From: an uncultured Bacilli bacterium
Lineage (GTDB): Bacteria > Bacillota_I > Bacilli_A > RF39 > UBA660
Length of the DNA stretch: 64,000 nt
Direction: 5' to 3'
Assembly (NCBI GenBank): GCA_963929435.1
Contig: CAWVIV010000019.1
Location: 21,690-85,689, forward strand
Shown piece after piece: positions 28,084 to 37,578 of the stretch. Position numbers and translations under genes: made by a program. The stretch's first letter is position 1, and every line of letters starts with the position of its first letter. The notes beneath the pieces are model-generated. The model did not search any database and was not told the DNA's origin. It saw only the letters and a program-made list of their open reading frames with translations.

Positions 28084-30060
28084 CTAACTCTTATCAATAT
28101 TTCTTTTAAATCCAAAATAAGTTGCAATAAAGTAAATTACATATATCATTATAAATATCAAGATACTTACACCAAAACAACTTAAATAAAATGTTGGACT
28201 TGGTAATATTGCTTTATATACTCTATTTAATAAGTACACTATAACAAAACTAATTATAATTGGATAAATTGCTGGTACACCAAATAAAACATATAACTGT
28301 TTTCTAATAGTTTTATAAAGTTTTTCATCTTTTACTCCAAGTCGTTTTAATACTGTGTAACGATAATTATATTTTGTAGAATCACTTAATGTTTGTATTG
28401 CAAGTATTGTTCCAACTATTGCTGAAAAGATAAAGGACATGTAAACACAAATTGCTGTTACAATGGCAGACATTACATTTGATTCTTCTAAAGTAGTTCC
28501 CCTTATATTAATACGATAAGTTGAACAAAACTCATGACCTTCTTCATCTACTTCACATAAATCAGATCTAAGTGCTTCTACAAGTTTTTTCTCTAATTCA
28601 GCTGATGTATCTTCTTTTGTATCAATAGCCATAAAATATTGGTAAATTCCTAATCCATTTATCGCATCATCTGGTACAACAACTGCATACCCTGCATTTG
28701 TAAGTCCTGCAAATTCAAGTTCTGTTGTTGTGCTTTTTTGATTAAGTGTTATTCCATTTGATAATGTAATCGTTTTAATTGAACTATCTTCTGCTAGAAA
28801 TGAATCTGACTTATCATAAACGAGGATATATTCATCATTATTCAAAGTTACTTGATTTTTCCCTTTTATCTTTAATAAATGATTATAATCACTTAATCTG
28901 ATAATTTTATCATAAGGTTCACTAGTATAAGAATATGCTGGTAACAGTTTCTCAATATTTGAATTAGTATTCAAATACACATTATATCTAACACAATCTA
29001 CAATCGGGTAATTCTCATCTACAACATCATAAACTTTTGAAAGAGGTTCTTCTGTATCAAAGAACGCTGATACATCAAAAGGTGAAGTCGTTTCATTTAT
29101 ATAATCATAAGATGCTTTATTTAAACTAGAAAAATTTAAAAACAATAAAGTGAACATAATCAAAACACCGAGTGTTCCAAATGTCATTCCCATTGTTCTT
29201 GCTTTGGATGAGAATGTTCTAGCCACAAATAAATTATCTTTACTATACTTGATTTTTCTATTTTTCAAAACAATAGAAAGTATGAAATCAGATAAACTAA
29301 ACATTACACCATAAATACTTATAATAAATAATAGAACACCAACCATCATATAGGTTAAAAATGAAGTATCCATCATAACATCATTAGTTAAAGTAGAATG
29401 CAAGAAAATATAAGAGCCAATTCCAATTAACACACTAATAACAAATAATAAATTACGATTCTTTTTTTTCTTAATAACTTTTTCTTCATTTTGTTTTTCC
29501 AAATATAGTAAATTGTAAATATTTATCTTTTTGATTCTTCTACGAGCTAAAAATAATACAAACAAATAAATAAAGAAAAAGTAAAGTAATAATAGTATAA
29601 CAGACATAAAATTAAATTCAATAAAAATTGCTTGTGGTAATTCCATAACTTTTACAATAAATAAGGATATAAATTGACTAAATACAAACCCTATCGGAAT
29701 AGAAAGTATAAGAGCAATAAAACCAAATAATATATTTTCTAAAAGAAATAATCTTGAAATTTTTTTCTTTTTTATTCCTAAAAGCATATATGTTCCAAAC
29801 TCTTTACTTCGCTTTTCAAACATGAACTTCGTTGTATAATTAATTAAAAAGCATATAACAAAAACAACTATTACATTTATAAATATAACTACATTTTTAA
29901 ATGTATCATTCATATTGTCATAAAGATCTACAACAGCATCTGACCATGACACCAAATTCATAGCAAACATAAGTGAAAATGCTATTGTTATGGTAATTAG
30001 ATAAATAATGTAATCACGACTACTACGTTTTACATTTCTAATTGCTAATTTACTTAACAT
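28084..30060 (-). CDS. BceB-type ABC transporter permease (FtsX domain, 10 TM with a large extracellular loop)
   Basis: 658 aa. Begins MLSKLAIRNVKRSSRDYIIYLITITIAF, with a roughly 200-aa extracytoplasmic domain between TM7 and TM8. Overlaps the upstream ATPase gene. Confidence 0.8.
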   Translation of the reverse strand: MLSKLAIRNVKRSSRDYIIYLITITIAFSLMFAMNLVSWSDAVVDLYDNMNDTFKNVVIFINVIVVFVICFLINYTTKFMFEKRSKEFGTYMLLGIKKKKISRLFLLENILFGFIALILSIPIGFVFSQFISLFIVKVMELPQAIFIEFNFMSVILLLLYFFFIYLFVLFLARRRIKKINIYNLLYLEKQNEEKVIKKKKNRNLLFVISVLIGIGSYIFLHSTLTNDVMMDTSFLTYMMVGVLLFIISIYGVMFSLSDFILSIVLKNRKIKYSKDNLFVARTFSSKARTMGMTFGTLGVLIMFTLLFLNFSSLNKASYDYINETTSPFDVSAFFDTEEPLSKVYDVVDENYPIVDCVRYNVYLNTNSNIEKLLPAYSYTSEPYDKIIRLSDYNHLLKIKGKNQVTLNNDEYILVYDKSDSFLAEDSSIKTITLSNGITLNQKSTTTELEFAGLTNAGYAVVVPDDAINGLGIYQYFMAIDTKEDTSAELEKKLVEALRSDLCEVDEEGHEFCSTYRINIRGTTLEESNVMSAIVTAICVYMSFIFSAIVGTILAIQTLSDSTKYNYRYTVLKRLGVKDEKLYKTIRKQLYVLFGVPAIYPIIISFVIVYLLNRVYKAILPSPTFYLSCFGVSILIFIMIYVIYFIATYFGFKRNIDKS

Positions 30061-30814
30061 TTCCTACATCTCCTCCAAGAAGTGTTAGGACATCAATTAT
30101 TTCATCAAAAAACTCTTTTCTTGATTTATTACCACGAACTATCTCATTGAAAATTTTACCATCTTTTAGGAATAGTACCCTTTTACAGAAAGATGCACTA
30201 AATGAATCATGAGTTACCATAAGAATAGTTGCTTTTAATTTATCATTCATATCATCCATTGTTTCTAAAAGCATTCTTGAAGATTTAGAATCTAATGCAC
30301 CAGTTGGTTCATCTGCTAAAATTAATTTTGGGTGATTAATTAAAGCTCTTGCACAAGCACATCTTTGTTTTTGACCACCTGATACTTCGTAAGGAAACTT
30401 CTTTAAAACATCTGCAATTCCTAATTTAGATGCAATATCTTTTACCTTTTTATCAACCTCGTTTGGATCTTCATTGTTGATAATTAAAGATAAAGAAATA
30501 TTTTCTTCTATACTTAAAGTATCTAATAAATTGAAATCTTGGAAAATAAAGCCTAAATTTTCTTTTCTAAAATCTGCCATATCATCTTCTTTGATTTCGG
30601 TAATATCTTTACCACCAACATAGATATGTCCAGCAGTAACATTATCAATAGTAGAAATACAATTTAACAAAGTAGTTTTACCAGAGCCACTTGCTCCCAT
30701 GATAGCGACAAATTCACCTTCATCTACATTAAATGAAATTCCATCTACTGCTTTTGTAATATTCGTATTAACACCATAATACTTTTTTACATTTTCTAAT
30801 TTTAAAACTTCCAT
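30050..30814 (-). CDS. BceA-type ABC transporter ATP-binding protein
   Basis: Walker A GASGSGKTTLLN, signature VSGGQKQR, Walker B LILADEPTGALD. Confidence 0.85.
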   Translation of the reverse strand: MEVLKLENVKKYYGVNTNITKAVDGISFNVDEGEFVAIMGASGSGKTTLLNCISTIDNVTAGHIYVGGKDITEIKEDDMADFRKENLGFIFQDFNLLDTLSIEENISLSLIINNEDPNEVDKKVKDIASKLGIADVLKKFPYEVSGGQKQRCACARALINHPKLILADEPTGALDSKSSRMLLETMDDMNDKLKATILMVTHDSFSASFCKRVLFLKDGKIFNEIVRGNKSRKEFFDEIIDVLTLLGGDVGNVK

Positions 30815-30865
30815 ATAAATTTCTCCTCTCTGATAATATTATAAAATATATTAATAAGATATAAA

Positions 30866-30881
30866 ATTACAGTTTTGTAAG
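30866..30881 (-). promoter_or_regulatory. candidate BceR-type response-regulator box TTACAAAACTGTAAT (inverted repeat TTACA-N4-TGTAA) upstream of bceA copy 1
   Basis: Perfect 5-bp arms with a 4-nt spacer, about 55-65 nt upstream of the ATG. A near-identical box precedes the second bceA. Confidence 0.5.
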
Positions 30882-30941
30882 TAAAAGAAAAAGATTACCA
30901 TTTTTAACTTGATAATCTTATTATGGACTAAATTAATTTTT

Positions 30942-31829
30942 TTAAAATATAATAGTAATTATTAACTTATTGTTCTTCTTATCAGCCTTTATTTTTCCTT
31001 TTAATTGTTCTACAAATTCTTTTGCAATGGCAAGTCCTAAACCAGTATTTCCTTTTGTCCTAGATATATCAACTGTATAAAACTCATCAAAAACTCTATC
31101 TACATCTAAATCTTTATATAGTAAATCATTAATAAATTTTATTTTAACTTTCTCATCAGTCTGATTGATTTCTATATCTAAATTTCCGTTACTATGTTTA
31201 TAAGCATTTCTAATTAAATTATCAAAAACCCTAATAAGCATTACTTCATTAGATTTTATTTTGATTTTTCTTTTATTTGTTTTAAAGTCTATCATTCGAT
31301 TATCTTTAGAAAAATCTTCATAATGATTAGAAATAGCTTTTTCTATCACAGCAACTAAATTGATTTCATCTAATTCTATAATCTGATCATTAGAAAATAT
31401 TTTAGAAAATTCAAAGAAAGAATCAATTAATTCTGATAATCGTTTTAACCTTTCTTCCACTATTTTAAGATTCTTAATTTTTTCTTGTTCTGTTACATCA
31501 GATTCTAACATTAAACTAACATATCCCAAAGAAGACGTTAACGGAGTACGTAAATCATGAGATATATTTCTAATCATCTTAACAAAATTAGCATTCTTTC
31601 TTTCTAACTTACTCTCCTTACTTTTTATTTCAGTTAAATGAGTATTAATACATTCTATCAAATCATGAATTTCTTTTGATGTAAATTCAGTATGAACTAA
31701 TCCATTTGTTTTCCTCGATAAAACTAAATCTAATTCTTTTTTTATCCTTCTTAATTCCATTTTCACAAAAAAAAGATAGCAAACTAGAAATAAAATAATA
31801 ATAACAAAAATTACTAATATTATTTCCAT
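30942..31829 (-). CDS. sensor histidine kinase (single N-terminal TM, HisKA + HATPase_c)
   Basis: H-box ISHDLRTPLTS. N and G boxes (RNAYKHS, GNTGLGLAIAKE). Confidence 0.8.
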   Translation of the reverse strand: MEIILVIFVIIILFLVCYLFFVKMELRRIKKELDLVLSRKTNGLVHTEFTSKEIHDLIECINTHLTEIKSKESKLERKNANFVKMIRNISHDLRTPLTSSLGYVSLMLESDVTEQEKIKNLKIVEERLKRLSELIDSFFEFSKIFSNDQIIELDEINLVAVIEKAISNHYEDFSKDNRMIDFKTNKRKIKIKSNEVMLIRVFDNLIRNAYKHSNGNLDIEINQTDEKVKIKFINDLLYKDLDVDRVFDEFYTVDISRTKGNTGLGLAIAKEFVEQLKGKIKADKKNNKLIITIIF

Positions 31830-31844
31830 ACGCTCACTACCTTT

Positions 31845-32684
31845 CTACTTTATTTCTGTTTTTCTAAATACTCTATATCCAATTACATTAAATGTTATAA
31901 TATAGAATACAGCCAAAACTAAGGTTTTAAGTATATATGTATTACTTGGATTTGATACTAAATTACCTATAATATATTGAAATTCATAATTTAAAATATT
32001 ATTTGCATCAAAGTGGAATAATGTTGCCACTCCCATAATAACTAATTGTATCACCATAATTAATGGTATTGTAATACTATTAAATGTTCCTGTTTTTCTA
32101 AAACAAAAACCAATACATACTAACATACTAATTATACCATATAAAATTGGTAATTGTAGTATTGTTAGCTTCGTTATCTCTAAAAGTCCTGCTGAAAATT
32201 CCTGTCCATTCATTATTAAATTTATAATATAACTACCATAATTATTAATTAAAACTAAGAATGTACCTAAACCTATACAGGTAATTAATTTAGACATATA
32301 ATACTTTTTTCTTGAAATTGCTGATGATAATGTATTTTTAGCTATAGAATTAGATAAGTCTGTAACTAACACAATCACAACAACAATGATAAAAAAGTAA
32401 TAAAGATTAGCATTTGCACCTAATTGTTCTTTATCTAATGGATATGCCCCATATTCTTTCATAAGTTCTCTTGTTTCCAAGATAGAATCTGTTTCATATA
32501 CTTTGTTTAATATTTCCTCATCTTCAACTAATTGTTGTTCTTCTGATGAACTAGTAATTCCAATATGTCCTGGACTCATGGAAAAACAACTAACTGCTGC
32601 TAAAAAAAGTATAAATATTATAGCAATATAAATTGCCTTTCCTCTAAATACTCTATATAAATCTGATTTAATGATATTTAACAT
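31845..32684 (-). CDS. ABC-2 family permease
   Basis: 279 aa, 6 TM, overlaps the upstream ATPase gene. Confidence 0.6.
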   Translation of the reverse strand: MLNIIKSDLYRVFRGKAIYIAIIFILFLAAVSCFSMSPGHIGITSSSEEQQLVEDEEILNKVYETDSILETRELMKEYGAYPLDKEQLGANANLYYFFIIVVVIVLVTDLSNSIAKNTLSSAISRKKYYMSKLITCIGLGTFLVLINNYGSYIINLIMNGQEFSAGLLEITKLTILQLPILYGIISMLVCIGFCFRKTGTFNSITIPLIMVIQLVIMGVATLFHFDANNILNYEFQYIIGNLVSNPSNTYILKTLVLAVFYIITFNVIGYRVFRKTEIK

Positions 32685-33622
32685 TATTTAGCACCTTCCT
32701 TTATTAAAGAATCGAAATAATCTTCTAATGAAATTCCAGATTCATAAATCCCCATTATCTCAATATCATTTGATAATAATGTTTTATTTACTTTGGCAGA
32801 GTTTTCTAAATAATCATAAAGCCTTATTTCTGTATTATCAATGACTTTATAATTTGTAGTAGATAATTCTTTTTCCAATACAACAGTTGCTTTCTTAACA
32901 TCTTTAGTTCTTATTACAATACATTTACTACATTCTAAATCAAGCTCTTCTTTTGATATATCTTTTATAATTCTGCCTTTATCTATAAAACAAAAATGGT
33001 TAGCAATTAAATATAGTTCTGATAAAATATGACTAGATATTAAAATAGTAATTTTTTCTTCTTCATTTAATCTTTTTAATGTATCCCTTATTTCTTTAAT
33101 ACCAATCGGATCAAGTCCATTAATAGGTTCATCTAAAATGATAAAATCTGGATTATCTAATATAGCAAAAGCAATACCTAATCTTTGCTTCATACCCAAA
33201 GAAAACTTTTTAAATTTTTTATTTCTTTCTTTATACAAATCTACTGTTTTTAAAACTTTATCAATTTGTTTTTCATCTACAATTCCTTTTTGAATGGAAT
33301 AATATTTTAAGTTTTGATAAGCAGTAAGATTATCAAAAAATGCAGGACTTTCAATTAAGCATCCTATCCTTCTTTTTGATTCTGTTAGTTCTTCTTCTTT
33401 TCCAAATAAAGAAAAACTTCCACCAGATTTTGTAGTTAAAGTAGTAACTAGTTTCATAAGAGTTGTTTTACCAGCACCATTTCTACCAATAAGACCATAT
33501 ATATCACCTTTATGAATCGTAATACTAGCACTATCTAAAGCAACAAAATCTTTATATTTTTTAGTTAAATTATTTGTTTGCAACACTATTTCTTGCATAT
33601 ACATCTCCCTTTCTTTAACCAT
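32684..33622 (-). CDS. ABC transporter ATP-binding protein
   Basis: Walker A GRNGAGKTT, signature SLGMKQRL, Walker B FIILDEPINGLD. Confidence 0.85.
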   Translation of the reverse strand: MVKEREMYMQEIVLQTNNLTKKYKDFVALDSASITIHKGDIYGLIGRNGAGKTTLMKLVTTLTTKSGGSFSLFGKEEELTESKRRIGCLIESPAFFDNLTAYQNLKYYSIQKGIVDEKQIDKVLKTVDLYKERNKKFKKFSLGMKQRLGIAFAILDNPDFIILDEPINGLDPIGIKEIRDTLKRLNEEEKITILISSHILSELYLIANHFCFIDKGRIIKDISKEELDLECSKCIVIRTKDVKKATVVLEKELSTTNYKVIDNTEIRLYDYLENSAKVNKTLLSNDIEIMGIYESGISLEDYFDSLIKEGAK

Positions 33623-33671
33623 TATACAAAAAAAGTGTTAAAAAACTCTTAACACAATCCTTAAATTTTCC

Positions 33672-34349
33672 TTAATTTTTAAATTTATATCCGATACTCC
33701 ATATTGTTTCGATATATTCCTCACTTGGATTTGCTTTTTTTAATTTATTCCTTATTTTGCTTATATGAACATTTAAGGTGTTTTCATCAGCAGAATCCAC
33801 AGTATCCCAGACTTTATCAAAAAGTACACTTTTTGTAACGACCTGATTACAATTTTGCATAAGTAGTTTTAATATTTCAAATTCTATTTTTGATAAATTA
33901 ATATCTTTACCATTACAACTAACTTTAAAACCATTAGAATCTAATAAAATGTCTTTAATCTTCAATATACTGCTATCACTATTTGTATTATTTTTTAAAT
34001 GAACTTTAATTCTAGCAAGTAATTCATCATTGTTAAAAGGTTTGGTAACATAATCATTTGCACCTAGCTTAAATAAATCTAATTTTGTATCCATATCTGT
34101 AATAGCACTTGTAACAATAACTGGTACATCTTTTATATCTTTTAATTCTTTAATTATTTCTTCCCCACTCTTGCCAGGCAACATTAAATCTAAAATTATT
34201 AAATCAATTTTATCATTATGAATTAGTAATGCTTCTGTTCCTGAATAAGCATATTTAACATCATAACCAGCTTGTTTTAATAATTCTTGTAGCATTTCAT
34301 TTATATCTTTATCATCTTCTATGATTAAAATTGTTTTCAATATAATCAC
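33672..34349 (-). CDS. OmpR-family response regulator
   Basis: Receiver domain (ILIIEDDKDI…ILDLMLPG) plus a winged-helix C-terminus. Confidence 0.85.
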   Translation of the reverse strand: MIILKTILIIEDDKDINEMLQELLKQAGYDVKYAYSGTEALLIHNDKIDLIILDLMLPGKSGEEIIKELKDIKDVPVIVTSAITDMDTKLDLFKLGANDYVTKPFNNDELLARIKVHLKNNTNSDSSILKIKDILLDSNGFKVSCNGKDINLSKIEFEILKLLMQNCNQVVTKSVLFDKVWDTVDSADENTLNVHISKIRNKLKKANPSEEYIETIWSIGYKFKN

Positions 34350-34640
34350 TTCCTAACATCTACATAATTATATCATGAAAAAAGCAAATCTTCTATATTA
34401 CATGATTTGCCTCATAAATTGTAATTTATAATTTGCTTATTACTTTTTTCTGTCAACTTCTTTGTTTACACTATTGCTAATAATATAGAAATTGGAAATA
34501 TAGCTACTGGATAAAATTCTTATTTTCAATTTTTCAATTTAAAAATTTTCTTTTGGCGCTTAGTTTCAAATTTCCAATAACCATGATTACGATTTCGATG
34601 TTTTTTTTGAATCTTGTTTTGATTGTTTTTCATGGCTTGT

Positions 34641-35438
34641 TCAGCATTTAATATAATAGCTTTTTTTTTCGTTGGAAACAAATTTAAGAAAAACATCATA
34701 TAGGTATAGCCATCCATCGTATGAGATCTCAGTAAGCGTTGACTCTAATTTGATTTTTAAAAACTTGCAAATGCGTTTTTGTTGCTCATAAGTAAACAAT
34801 TTTTTTGTTTTATCTTTGAAAGTATTTCCAGACGCTAAAAATATATATGATAAAAAATTTCTATAGTCTGTCGCATCCTCAACATCTGCTGATGTTTTTC
34901 TTTGAAAGTGAGCAAAACATATTCGTGCATTTGGCACAGGATAAAAATCTGATGGTTTAAACTCATAAATCAATTCAGCGGAAAACCAAGGTTTGTATAA
35001 AAGAGACCTCAAACTTTCGTTATAAAAAGGCTGTCCAGAATACCTTAGAAAAGCTTCATACTGCATTATGAAATATATATCTTCAGGAGGATTATCATCT
35101 TCAAATACTTTTTTCATAATATCAGCAGTTATGTTAAATGGAATATTTGCACATACTTTATATGGTTCTTTTACTGATATTTTATATTTTAAAAAATCCA
35201 TCTCTATTATTTGAACTTTTTTAGATTCTTTATACCTTTCAGATAAAGTTTTCGCTAATTTTGCATCAAACTCTATTGCTATAACTTTCTTGCTTTTTTT
35301 TGCAAGTTCATTGGTAATAATTCCTTTTCCAGGACCTATCTCAATTACAATATCGTCGTTACAAATATTACTCTTTGATAACAAGGTCGCTACAAGTTGT
35401 TTACTATGTAAATAATTTTGCGAATGTTCTATTCCCAT
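34641..35438 (-). CDS. erm: Erm-family 23S rRNA (adenine-N6)-dimethyltransferase, conferring macrolide-lincosamide-streptogramin B resistance
   Basis: HSQNYLHSKQLVATLL (Q-N-F/Y-L motif), SAM-binding VIEIGPGKGIITNELA, and catalytic NIPFNI (the N-I-P-Y/F motif). 265 aa. Confidence 0.85.
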   Translation of the reverse strand: MGIEHSQNYLHSKQLVATLLSKSNICNDDIVIEIGPGKGIITNELAKKSKKVIAIEFDAKLAKTLSERYKESKKVQIIEMDFLKYKISVKEPYKVCANIPFNITADIMKKVFEDDNPPEDIYFIMQYEAFLRYSGQPFYNESLRSLLYKPWFSAELIYEFKPSDFYPVPNARICFAHFQRKTSADVEDATDYRNFLSYIFLASGNTFKDKTKKLFTYEQQKRICKFLKIKLESTLTEISYDGWLYLYDVFLKFVSNEKKSYYIKC

Positions 35439-35477
35439 AAATACCTCCTTTACAAATTACTATTTGTTGTTTAGATA

Positions 35478-35518
35478 ATTATACCATAAAAAAAGCAGAT
35501 CTAAAATAGTATTAGATC
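35478..35518 (-). promoter_or_regulatory. terminator of the YxeA-like gene (stem GAUCUAA/UUAGAUC plus U6), followed directly by an extended -10 promoter TGgTATAAT and an AAAGGAGG RBS for erm
   Basis: Minus strand GGAUCUAAuacuauuUUAGAUCugcUUUUUUaTGGTATAATuauc…AAAGGAGGuauuuAUG. There is no room for an Erm leader peptide or attenuator. Confidence 0.5.
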
Positions 35519-35529
35519 CACCTTATAAT

Positions 35530-35880
35530 TTATTCATATTTTTCTTTTACTTTATCTGGTAATTCATCAAATTGTACTTCTTGCCAAGATTTAACACCTC
35601 TTGTAAGCATTACTTCAAGTTCAAGATATGCATCTTCTTTTAGCTCTCTACTTGTTTTAAAAGTTACTTCTTTTTCTTTTCCATTTTTATTATAAGCATC
35701 TAAAGTATATTCATATCTCATATCACCAGAATCTAATATTTCTACTTTAGTATTATCTATCTTTGTATAGTATGTTGTATTTTGATAAAAAAGTAACCAA
35801 TATACTAAACAGAAAACTAAAATAACTAATATTATTCCAACTCCAGCAAATACTTTGCCTTTAATATTTTCCATAATCAA
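35530..35880 (-). CDS. YxeA-family (DUF1093) small membrane-anchored protein, typically found next to BceAB loci
   Basis: N-terminal TM, then YTKIDNTKVEILDSGDMRYEYTLDAYNKNGKEKEVTFKTSRELKEDAYLELEV, which is the YxeA signature. Confidence 0.6.
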   Translation of the reverse strand: MIMENIKGKVFAGVGIILVILVFCLVYWLLFYQNTTYYTKIDNTKVEILDSGDMRYEYTLDAYNKNGKEKEVTFKTSRELKEDAYLELEVMLTRGVKSWQEVQFDELPDKVKEKYE

Positions 35881-35887
35881 TTTCCTC

Positions 35888-36379
35888 CTATTCTGATATA
35901 ATTTCTACATTTCCAGTAAAATTCATAACTTTAATTTTTAAATAATAACTTTTTTCTTTAACATTAACCGTTTTTTCAATTTCTCCAGTATCATTTATCA
36001 AGATTACACTTGTTGTTCCTTCATTGCTGATAATTTCTATATTACCTTTTTTCTTTTTTACTTTTATTTTTAATTTTACTGAATTTCCTTCTTTTCTATT
36101 TAAAGTTGTTCCTCCAAATATTGTTTCTTCTTTTGTGTCATCTACATAATTAGCGATATATTTACCAACATATTTATCAATTCCAAATTCCCTTTTTCCT
36201 TTTAATTTACTATCTTTTGTAAGTCCGTTAGGTGCAATATCTTGTAAGAAGTTATTATAGTTATTTACCGTATCATTTTTTAATATATTGTTATTATTAA
36301 AAACACTTGTAAAAAACACACCACTTGCAATTATAATTCCTACAATAAATAATAAAATAAATTTAAAAATTTCAAACAT
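35888..36379 (-). CDS. hypothetical membrane-anchored protein
   Basis: 163 aa with an N-terminal TM and a beta-rich body. No family recognised. Confidence 0.4.
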   Translation of the reverse strand: MFEIFKFILLFIVGIIIASGVFFTSVFNNNNILKNDTVNNYNNFLQDIAPNGLTKDSKLKGKREFGIDKYVGKYIANYVDDTKEETIFGGTTLNRKEGNSVKLKIKVKKKKGNIEIISNEGTTSVILINDTGEIEKTVNVKEKSYYLKIKVMNFTGNVEIISE

Positions 36380-37491
36380 TATTTATTTCTCCCTTTTTCC
36401 TTTACTTCATTTATAGTGCTTGAATATGTAATTTTGAGCATCTTATCATAATAAATTCTATTGTTTTTTAAAATTAGTATTATATTGATTAAATAAAATA
36501 TAAACATGATTATAAAACAAATAAGATATGTCCAAATTGCTCCTACTGAAGAAATATCTGCATTATTTACAATTATCATTCCTACACTAAGTACACATAT
36601 CGGTAAGATAAAATAATAAAAGTACTGAAATATTGTTCTAACCATTAATCTAATAAAGGTCATGTTCGGAAAACTTACCTTTACATTCAAGAAGTTTCCA
36701 GCAAGTGTTTTTCCTTTCCAAAAATATGGTATTACTGCATAATAGATAACAAACATAATTAACATCATTTTAAAGTTTGTAAATAATGCTAATATTGTAC
36801 TCAAAAAGAAACATACAAATCCATCTAAAAAGAATAAAGTTATTCTTCTAAAGCCTGATACTTTTTTACCTTCTTCTAATGTTTCTTCATCTATTTTCTC
36901 TCTTGTTGGTAAAAAATCATCTACTATTCCCATTAAAAGGTAACCAATCGTTCCTCCTAAAGTATTTGTTATTAAATCATCCACATCACATAATCTATAA
37001 GGTCTAGGATACATTCCATAAAGTCCTGTAAGTTGTGTAAGTTCAAAAAATAATGAGAGAAAGAAAGTGAGAATAATAGTCTTTTTCAAACTACATTTAT
37101 AGTAATATCTTAAATACATTCCAAAAGGAATAGTCATAATAATATTAAAAAGCATTGTATAAAGACTAGGATTTGTTATGGTAGAAATATAGGTAGATGG
37201 ATATAATATATTAAAATTAGTTTCCCTTGCAATATCTCCTATAAATGAAAATGGTATTAATTGTATCGTTCTACCAGTCATATTTTCTACTTCTTCTATG
37301 CTCGGAAGTGGGAGTATTACTAGAAAATAAATTGTTATTAAATATAAAACAAATGAATAAATAATTAAAACTCGTAATTTATTAATAGAGCCATATTTAT
37401 GGTACTGATACAAAATAAAAGGAATGGTAAAAAGAAAGGCAATAATTGGGAATATAATAATTGCTGTTTTTATTGCTTCTAAATAACTCAT
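36379..37491 (-). CDS. VanZ-family membrane protein, extended 370-aa form
   Basis: VanZ signature in the N-terminal part (…FLVILPLP…QLIPFSF…), followed by additional TM helices. Confidence 0.6.
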   Translation of the reverse strand: MSYLEAIKTAIIIFPIIAFLFTIPFILYQYHKYGSINKLRVLIIYSFVLYLITIYFLVILPLPSIEEVENMTGRTIQLIPFSFIGDIARETNFNILYPSTYISTITNPSLYTMLFNIIMTIPFGMYLRYYYKCSLKKTIILTFFLSLFFELTQLTGLYGMYPRPYRLCDVDDLITNTLGGTIGYLLMGIVDDFLPTREKIDEETLEEGKKVSGFRRITLFFLDGFVCFFLSTILALFTNFKMMLIMFVIYYAVIPYFWKGKTLAGNFLNVKVSFPNMTFIRLMVRTIFQYFYYFILPICVLSVGMIIVNNADISSVGAIWTYLICFIIMFIFYLINIILILKNNRIYYDKMLKITYSSTINEVKEKGRNK

Positions 37492-37578
37492 ATTTAGAAA
37501 AGATTAATTCTTAATCTTTCCTCCTTCTACTTATAATATCTTCTATTAAATTACTAAAGTTAGATACTACAAACATTT

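Noticed and set aside
34526-34717. A 63-aa ORF overlapping the 3' end of erm, as a possible regulatory peptide
   Set aside because: It lies in the same orientation as erm but out of frame with it, and overlaps erm by 77 nt. It has no RBS and an unusual Lys/Asn-rich composition. It is most likely a chance ORF.
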